Below are positions 57,442 to 64,000 of a stretch of DNA of 64,000 nt, piece after piece (the first letter of the stretch is position 1; each line of letters opens with the position of its first letter). Under the pieces are notes generated by a model that saw nothing but the letters and a program-made list of their open reading frames with translations, was not told where the DNA came from and searched no databases. Origin of the DNA: an uncultured Gemmatimonadales bacterium (GTDB lineage: Bacteria; Gemmatimonadota; Gemmatimonadetes; Gemmatimonadales; GWC2-71-9); contig CAVYSW010000011.1 in NCBI GenBank assembly GCA_963771275.1, positions 32,001 to 96,000 on the forward strand, read 5' to 3'. Position numbers and translations under genes: made by a program.

Positions 57442-60400
57442 CTACTGCCGCGACTCATCCTCCTCAAACGGGAACCCGCTCTCCCCACCACCCCGGACGC
57501 GCTCGACGCGCAGCGTCTGCCGCATCGTCTCGCCACCGATCGTGAGCGTCACGAGGTAGTCACCAGTTTCGACGAGCGATCCCCCACCCCGGCGGCCCGG
57601 ATTGTACAGCCCGAACGACAGGCCCCCGAAACCGCCCCCGCCACCGCGCGCGCCCGGCGGCCGCAGCGCCCGCAAGATGTCCTGCATCTGAGCTTGGCCA
57701 GGCAGGGCCTCGGCCCCTTGCTCGCCGCCGGCCTGCGCGCCTTCACCTTGGGCCGCCGCGCGGCCAGCCGCGCCCGCCGAGCTCTCCCCGGGCCGCTCGA
57801 CGAAGCCCTGCGCCGCCCCGAACCTTCCGGCACCGCCCCCACCGCCCCCACCACCTCCGCCACCGAATCGGGCGGCCAGGGCCTGCATGTTGCCTGACTT
57901 GATGGACTCCCGCAGGCGATCGAGCATCGCCTGGTTCATCCCCGCCTTGACCAGCGAGTCGAACACCTGATCCACGCGGGCGATGAACTTGAGGCTGTCG
58001 CGCCGCTCAGCCGGGGACAGCGGCTTGGACGGCGCCGGCGCGCCGCGGAAGTCCCAGACCACCTGGTGGAGCCCGGTGCTGCCCGGCCCGTCGATCGTCC
58101 GCACCGTGTCACCCCGCGCGCCGGTCACCACGAGCTGCACGCGCGCGCGCGCCTCTCCCTTGGCCACGCGGTAGGCGATCTCCGCGCCGTACTGCGGGCT
58201 CGGCTCCGAGAACCACTTGTGGCCGTTCGACCCACCGCCCACCGGCACGTCCCCGTACTGGTAGGCCGTCCTGGGGGCGAACAGATACGCGGACTTGGCG
58301 AGCACCGCGTCCGTGAGCTGCTCCAGCGGCGCGATCCCGACGATCCAGATCGACCGGCCGTGCGTCGCCGCGATCAGCTCGTGGTCACGCGGGTGGATCT
58401 CGAGGTCGTGGACCGGAACCGTCGGCAGTCCCTCCATGAACCGCTGCCACGAGGCCCCGCGGTCGGTGGAGACGTAGGCCGCGACGTCGGTGCCGAGGAA
58501 CAGCAGATCCCGGTTGTACGGATCCTCGCGGATCACGTGCACGAAATCCACGCCGTCACTCGGCAGGTTGTTGGCGATCGAGCGGAACGTCTTGCCGAAG
58601 TCGTTGGTCACGTAGGCGTACGGCCGGAAGTCGTTCTCCCGGTGATTGTCGAACGTCACGTAGAAGGTCGCCGAGTCGAAGTGTGACGGCTCGACCCGGG
58701 TGACCCACGTCTTCGCGGGCACGCCGGGGAACCGTCCCGTGAGGCTCTCCCAGCTGCCGCCGTCGTCGCGCGTGAGCCACACGTTGCCGTCGTCGGTCCC
58801 CGCGAACAGCAGCCCGAACCGCAAGGGCGATTCCGCCAACGCCGTGATCGTGCTGTGCGTCTCCGCCCCGGTGGCATCGGGGGTAATGCCCCCCGTCGTC
58901 CTGGTGCTCACCCGGATGCGCATGGTGTCGCGCGTGGTCAGATCCGGCGAGATCGGCAGCAGGTTGTCGCCCCGCTTGGTGGACTTGAGCACGCGGTTGG
59001 CGCCGGCATAGAACACGTTGGGATCGTGCTGCGAGATGAGGAACGGCGTGTTCCAGTTCCAGCGCATGTCCAGCGTCGCCGAGTCGGCCCGCTGGCGTCG
59101 GCGCAGGTCGTCGAGCCGCCGCTGCAGCTCGCGCGACGGCCTCACCGCCGTGTCCGGCCAGTCGACCACGACCGAGTCCTCGTACTCGGTGTAGCGCGGC
59201 CGCCAGTCGGGCTTCTGCAGGCTGGTCCGCGCGCCGGTCGTGAGATCGACCCGCGCCATGCTGCCGCCCTGCGACTCGGCGTAGACGATGTTCGGATCGT
59301 TCGGGTCTTGCGCCGTGTAGAAGCCGTCTCCGCCATTCACGAAGAACCACATCAAGTTGTCGATCCCACCCCGTGCCCGGCGGCTTGGCCCGCACCACGA
59401 GCCGTTGTCCTGCAGGCCGCCGCACACCCGGTACGGGACGTCCATGTTGTAGCTCACGTGGTAGAACTGCCCGATCGCGATCGCGTTGAGGAAGTCGTAG
59501 TTCCCGCCGCGGTCCCACGTCTGCGCCACGCCGCCGTCGTTGCCGACGATGAAGTGCTGCGGATCGTTCGGGTCGATCCACATGGCGTGATGGTCCACGT
59601 GAATCCCGACCGTGGCATTGCGCGCCGTCTTGCCGCCGTCGTCGGAGAAGTTCACCGGGGTGGACGACCAGTACACCCGGTTCGCGTCCCTCGGGTCCAC
59701 CCGCACCTGCGAGTAGTAGAACGGCCGGACGTCGTTGCTGTTCATCTTGGTCCAGGTCGCCCCGCCGTCGGCGGACCGGTACAACCCCGAGAGCCGCTCC
59801 TTGCTGCCCTTGCCGCTGTCCGCCTCGGTCAGTGCATACACGACCTTGGGGTCACTCGGCGCGATCGCGATGCCGATCCGCCCCTTCATGGTCTCGGGGA
59901 ACCCGCCGCCCTTCACCTCGGACCACGTCGTCCCGCCGTCGGTGGTCTTCCACAGGCCACTGCCTGGACCGCCGCTGTTGAGGAAGTACGGGCCGCGCAC
60001 GCGCTCCCAGCTCGAGGCGAACAGCACGTTCGGGTTCGTGGGGTCCATCGCCAGGTCCACGAAGCCGGCCTTGTTGCTGATGAACTTGTTCAGCTGCCAG
60101 GTCTTGCCGCCGTCGGTCGTCTTGTAGAGCCCGCGCTCCGGATTCGGTCCCCACGCGTGCCCCAGCGCCGCCACGTAGACGATGTCGGGGTTCGTCGGAT
60201 GGACGATGATCCGCCCGATCTGCTGGGTCTCCCGCAGCCCCATGAACGTCCAGGTGAGGCCGCCATCGGTGGACTTGTAGATCCCGCCGCCCGGCGAAAT
60301 CGAGTTCCGCGAATCCTCTTCGCCGGTCCCGGCCCACACGATCATCGTGTCGCTCGGCGCGATCGCGATATCACCCATTGAGACGACGCGCTCGCGGTCG

Positions 60401-60660
60401 AACACGGGACGGAACGTCGTGCCCGCGTTGGTGGTCTTCCAGATCCCGCCGGCCACGGTCGCGACGAAGAACGTCTTGGACGGGCTGGGAATACCCTCGA
60501 TATCCGTGATCCGGCCGCCCATGTTCGCCGGGCCGACCGAGCGCCAGCGCAACGCGGACAAGGTGGCGGAATCGAGCGGAGTGGAGACTTGGGCCTGAAG
60601 CGACGAGACGCCAGCGACCAGAACGAGCGCTGGCACGAGCCATGGGGCGCGATGACGCAT
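57442..60660 (-). CDS. Exported BNR/VPS10 (sortilin-like) beta-propeller protein, putative glycosyl hydrolase
   Basis: WRSVGPANMGGRI, repeated KTTDGGxTW Asp-boxes, GGLQDNGSW, ATHGRS. Confidence 0.88.
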   Translation of the reverse strand: MRHRAPWLVPALVLVAGVSSLQAQVSTPLDSATLSALRWRSVGPANMGGRITDIEGIPSPSKTFFVATVAGGIWKTTNAGTTFRPVFDRERVVSMGDIAIAPSDTMIVWAGTGEEDSRNSISPGGGIYKSTDGGLTWTFMGLRETQQIGRIIVHPTNPDIVYVAALGHAWGPNPERGLYKTTDGGKTWQLNKFISNKAGFVDLAMDPTNPNVLFASSWERVRGPYFLNSGGPGSGLWKTTDGGTTWSEVKGGGFPETMKGRIGIAIAPSDPKVVYALTEADSGKGSKERLSGLYRSADGGATWTKMNSNDVRPFYYSQVRVDPRDANRVYWSSTPVNFSDDGGKTARNATVGIHVDHHAMWIDPNDPQHFIVGNDGGVAQTWDRGGNYDFLNAIAIGQFYHVSYNMDVPYRVCGGLQDNGSWCGPSRRARGGIDNLMWFFVNGGDGFYTAQDPNDPNIVYAESQGGSMARVDLTTGARTSLQKPDWRPRYTEYEDSVVVDWPDTAVRPSRELQRRLDDLRRRQRADSATLDMRWNWNTPFLISQHDPNVFYAGANRVLKSTKRGDNLLPISPDLTTRDTMRIRVSTRTTGGITPDATGAETHSTITALAESPLRFGLLFAGTDDGNVWLTRDDGGSWESLTGRFPGVPAKTWVTRVEPSHFDSATFYVTFDNHRENDFRPYAYVTNDFGKTFRSIANNLPSDGVDFVHVIREDPYNRDLLFLGTDVAAYVSTDRGASWQRFMEGLPTVPVHDLEIHPRDHELIAATHGRSIWIVGIAPLEQLTDAVLAKSAYLFAPRTAYQYGDVPVGGGSNGHKWFSEPSPQYGAEIAYRVAKGEARARVQLVVTGARGDTVRTIDGPGSTGLHQVVWDFRGAPAPSKPLSPAERRDSLKFIARVDQVFDSLVKAGMNQAMLDRLRESIKSGNMQALAARFGGGGGGGGGGGAGRFGAAQGFVERPGESSAGAAGRAAAQGEGAQAGGEQGAEALPGQAQMQDILRALRPPGARGGGGGFGGLSFGLYNPGRRGGGSLVETGDYLVTLTIGGETMRQTLRVERVRGGGESGFPFEEDESRQ

Positions 60661-61098
60661 CACGACCTCGCGTGAGTGTGGAGTGTGGACCGCGAACGGC
60701 AGACCTGCACGAGCCGTTTACGCACGCGCGCGCAGCGGCGTTGAGCCGCGGCGACCCAATCTGCCCTGCCGGGCACCCGGTCGCCACCCGGGATCGCGGG
60801 CCCCAGCCGCCCGCCCCCCTCACGATGACGCCGGATCCCACGACTTTCTGGTCGCCAACCTACCTGAGTCATCCCGTCGCAGCTGCCACGTTTCGCTCCA
60901 GGTGGCTCGAATCAGGCCACTTGCCGTGCTGACCAGTGCATCGCTAATGCGAACTACCACAAGCACTTACGACATCACCCCAAGGGGAATGGATCGTGCG
61001 GAGTTCGGTGCGGCGCCCGCTGGGAACGAGACGAAGCCGACTCGGCGCGCCGGCGGATTGGGCTCCGGCTCACAGAACGGATCCGTGAATTCCGTACC

Positions 61099-62100
61099 TT
61101 GGCGTCCCCTATGCAACTGCCTCATGCCGCCACCGCGAGCGCGCTGCCGCGGCCGCCACGGCCCGCGCTTCGCGCCGTGAGCACGTCGGGCCGCGCAGCG
61201 TCGGTCCCGGCCACCACCGCCTCGGCGACCCCTTCGCAGATCGCCCGTCGCGCGGTCACCGTCGGCGCGGTGCTGGTCTGGCTGGCCGTGGCCGGCACGC
61301 TGCTCGTCTGGGGCTTCCCGTACTACATCACGCCGCTCCAGGCCCGCGCCTACTCGACCTACCACGAGCTGCTCAAGCCCTCCGGCCTGGTGGGCCAGGG
61401 GTACGGCGTGATCGGCACGCTGATGATGGTGGTCGGCGTGACCGGCTACTCGTTGCGCCGGCGCGTCCGGTGGCTCAACCGGGCCGGCAAGCTGAAGACC
61501 TGGCTCAGCGTGCACATCTTCCTCTGCACCCTCGGCCCGTTCCTCATCGTGCTCCATACGACGCTCAAGTTCGGCGGCATCGTGTCGATCGCGTTCTGGA
61601 GCATGATCGCCGTCGTGACGAGCGGCGTGTTCGGCCGGTACGTGTACGTCCGGATCCCCAAGACGCTGAACGGCCAGTTTCTCTCGCTCCAGAGCATCGA
61701 GGAGCAGCGCGGCACCATGCTCCGCACCATCCAGGAGCGGTCCGGGCTTTCCACGGCGGAGATCGACGGGATCCTCAGGGTCGCCAAGCGGCCTGCGCCC
61801 CGCGGCTTCGCCGGCGCGCTGTTCCAGTCCCTCTGGTACGACCTGACGGCGGGCGCGCACGGCCGGAAGATCCACCGGGCACTCGCGGCCAAGGGCGTCC
61901 CACCCAAGGCGCGGGCCGTGGCGGCGACGCTGTTCCTCGACGAGGCCAACCTCGAGCATCAGGTCGCGCTGCTGACGCCGTTCCAGCGCCTGTTCAAGTA
62001 CTGGCACCTGTTCCACATGCCACTCGCCCTCGTGATGCTCGTGATCGTGCTGATCCACGTGTCCGTCGCCGTCCTGCTCGGCTACACGTGGCTGTTCTGA
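61099..62100 (+). CDS. Polytopic membrane protein with paired His (probable heme-b, ferric-reductase-like), first gene of multiheme operon; start uncertain
   Basis: WLSVHIFLC...IVLH and WHLFHMPL...LIHV in TM helices. Confidence 0.7.
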   Translation: MASPMQLPHAATASALPRPPRPALRAVSTSGRAASVPATTASATPSQIARRAVTVGAVLVWLAVAGTLLVWGFPYYITPLQARAYSTYHELLKPSGLVGQGYGVIGTLMMVVGVTGYSLRRRVRWLNRAGKLKTWLSVHIFLCTLGPFLIVLHTTLKFGGIVSIAFWSMIAVVTSGVFGRYVYVRIPKTLNGQFLSLQSIEEQRGTMLRTIQERSGLSTAEIDGILRVAKRPAPRGFAGALFQSLWYDLTAGAHGRKIHRALAAKGVPPKARAVAATLFLDEANLEHQVALLTPFQRLFKYWHLFHMPLALVMLVIVLIHVSVAVLLGYTWLF

Positions 62101-62108
62101 CCGGCTCG

Positions 62109-63824
62109 GTGCATCGCCCTCCGGCGACCCGACTCGCCCTCCTCATGCTGCTCGCCTTCGCGCCCACGGCACGCGCCCAGCTGCTCTCCCCCGGGAAGCT
62201 CATCGCCTCGCACGGCGACCTCGACGGCGTGCGCCACTGCACGAAGTGCCACCAGCTGGGGGAGCGCGGCGTCGCCGACGCGAAGTGCCTCGACTGCCAT
62301 AAGCCGATCGCGCAGCGCATCGCCCAGAAGCAGGGCTTTCACGCCACGATCGGCAGCCGCACCTGCGGCGAGTGCCACAAGGACCACTTCGGCACCGACT
62401 TCGACGCGGTCCATTTCGACACGGCGGGCTTCGACCACCGCGCCAAGACCGGGTTCGACCTGGCTGGGGGGCACGCGAGCACCGCCTGCCGGGACTGCCA
62501 CCGGCCGGAGTACGTGGTGGAGACCGCGGTGCGGCAGGAGGCCGGCGAGCATGGTCGCCTGGCAACGACATATCTCGGACTCGCCACGACGTGCGTCGGC
62601 TGTCACCGGAACGACGATCCCCACGCCGGCCAGTTCCCCAATCAGGGCTGCGAGGACTGCCATGCCGAGGTGGACTGGAAGAAGCCGGACCGGTTCGACC
62701 ATGCCAAGACGCGCTACCCGCTGCACGGCAAGCACGTGGACGTGGCCTGCCGCGACTGCCACACCCCGATCCCAGGCCAGAAAGGGGCGCTCAAGCTCAC
62801 GGGCCTCGCGTTCGGCACCTGTGCGGCCTGTCACCAGAAGGACGATCCGCACGCAGGCCAGTTCGCCGCACGGCGGTGCGACGAGTGCCACGCCGAGACG
62901 GGCTGGAAGAGCCTCGGTCGCTTCGACCACTCGGCCACCAAGTACCCGCTCACGGGGCGTCACCTGGATGTCGAGTGCCAGAAGTGCCACACCCCACTGC
63001 CGGGACGCAGAGGAGCCATGCGGCTCACCGGCCTCGAGTTCGCGACCTGCCTGGCCTGCCACAAGAACGACGACCCGCACGGGGGGCGTCTCGGCACCGG
63101 GTGCAACGACTGCCACACGACCGCCGGCTGGCGCGCCACGGGCGGGGCCAGCTTCGAGCGCAAGTTCGATCACGCCCGCACGCGGTTCGCGCTGCACGGC
63201 AAGCACGCCACGGTCGAGTGCGCCGCGTGCCACGATCCGGCACGGCCGCGCGCCAACGACATTGCGCTGGCGTTCGTTGCGGCGACCCGCACACGCGCCT
63301 ACCCGGTACCGGTGGCGGACCAGTGCACCTCGTGCCACACGGACTACCACGCCGGCGCGTTCGCCAAGAGCCCCGGCGGCCTCGCATGCACGAACTGCCA
63401 CGGCGAGGACGCCTGGCTCCCCACGGACTACGACATCGCGCGCCACAACCGCGACGCCCGTTACGAGCTGACGGGCGCGCACCGCGCCGCGCCCTGCGTC
63501 GCCTGCCACAAGAGCGCGGCCCTCGGGCAGCAGGCGCTCGTGTTCCGCATCGCCCAGCAGGACTGCCTCGCGTGCCACCGGTCCAACGACCCCCACGGCG
63601 ACCAGTTCACGGGCCGGACGTGCGACTCGTGCCACGACACCCGCGCGTTCCGCATCGCCGCGTTCGACCACGCCAAGACGCGGTACCCGCTGGACGGGGC
63701 GCACCGCAACGTCGCGTGCGCCTCGTGCCACCCGTCGGTTCCGGGGCCGGATGGCAAACCCATGCGACGCTATCGGCCCCTCGGCATGACCTGCCGGGAC
63801 TGCCACGAGGGAGATCGCTCATGA
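62109..63824 (+). CDS. Exported multiheme cytochrome c with 20 CxxCH motifs (c3/c7-like repeats)
   Basis: Signal peptide ending ARA-Q; 20 CxxCH counted; repeat FDHxxTxYPLxGxH..CxxCH..CxxCH..DDPH..CxxCH. Confidence 0.92.
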   Translation: MHRPPATRLALLMLLAFAPTARAQLLSPGKLIASHGDLDGVRHCTKCHQLGERGVADAKCLDCHKPIAQRIAQKQGFHATIGSRTCGECHKDHFGTDFDAVHFDTAGFDHRAKTGFDLAGGHASTACRDCHRPEYVVETAVRQEAGEHGRLATTYLGLATTCVGCHRNDDPHAGQFPNQGCEDCHAEVDWKKPDRFDHAKTRYPLHGKHVDVACRDCHTPIPGQKGALKLTGLAFGTCAACHQKDDPHAGQFAARRCDECHAETGWKSLGRFDHSATKYPLTGRHLDVECQKCHTPLPGRRGAMRLTGLEFATCLACHKNDDPHGGRLGTGCNDCHTTAGWRATGGASFERKFDHARTRFALHGKHATVECAACHDPARPRANDIALAFVAATRTRAYPVPVADQCTSCHTDYHAGAFAKSPGGLACTNCHGEDAWLPTDYDIARHNRDARYELTGAHRAAPCVACHKSAALGQQALVFRIAQQDCLACHRSNDPHGDQFTGRTCDSCHDTRAFRIAAFDHAKTRYPLDGAHRNVACASCHPSVPGPDGKPMRRYRPLGMTCRDCHEGDRS

Positions 63825-64000
63825 TCCGCCTCCGCAGCGCTTTCCTGCTGGCCCTCGCGGCCGGCCTCGCGCATCCCGCGGCGGCGCAGCAGAACCCGCA
63901 CGGCACGCTCCCCGCCGGGCTGGACTGCAGCGACTGCCACACGTCGAAGAGCTGGAAGCCCGACCCCGCGACCGTGAAGTTCGACCACAACCGGCAGACC
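63821..64000 (+). CDS. Second (probably multiheme) cytochrome c, 3'-truncated by window edge
   Basis: ATGA overlap; MIRLRSAFLLALAAGLAHPAAAQQNPHG...CSDCHTSKSW...FDHNRQT. Confidence 0.85.
   Translation, partial: MIRLRSAFLLALAAGLAHPAAAQQNPHGTLPAGLDCSDCHTSKSWKPDPATVKFDHNRQT

Noticed and set aside
60664..61098. Sigma54 promoter or structured RNA upstream of the multiheme operon
   Set aside because: No correctly spaced GG-N10-GC motif in a TGGCAC/TTGC context found by eye and no convincing fold; an Rfam/Infernal search would settle it.

Overview
High-GC bacterial chromosomal window; protein style suggests Gemmatimonadota (inference). About 50 protein-coding genes; no rRNA, tRNA, CRISPR array, transposase or integrase seen. 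Main content: (i) many exported peptidases and hydrolases (M1, S9, tricorn S41, M28, GGT, BNR/VPS10 propeller), an alpha-2-macroglobulin/PBP1C pair and a TonB-dependent receptor; (ii) housekeeping and redox genes (HAD phosphatase, two aminotransferases, bacilliredoxin, ferredoxin, uridine kinase, malic enzyme, tandem cupredoxin); (iii) a ~10.5-kb module with a six-gene Ni-free hydrogenase-related (Ehr/Hyf-like) operon bracketed by two HTH-PTS EIIA fusion genes, next to a 32%-GC control region with a near-consensus sigma70 promoter, three 10-bp-phased repeats and a hidden QPPKPG-repeat micro-protein (best candidate for an undescribed system); (iv) the start of a multiheme operon (His-rich membrane protein, 20-heme cytochrome c, another cytochrome running off the end). 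Several intergenic spacers carry heptamer tandem-repeat arrays. Several genes, mostly in the first 17 kb, are split by single-base frameshifts, probably sequencing errors. All calls come from motif recognition by eye; no database searches were run.
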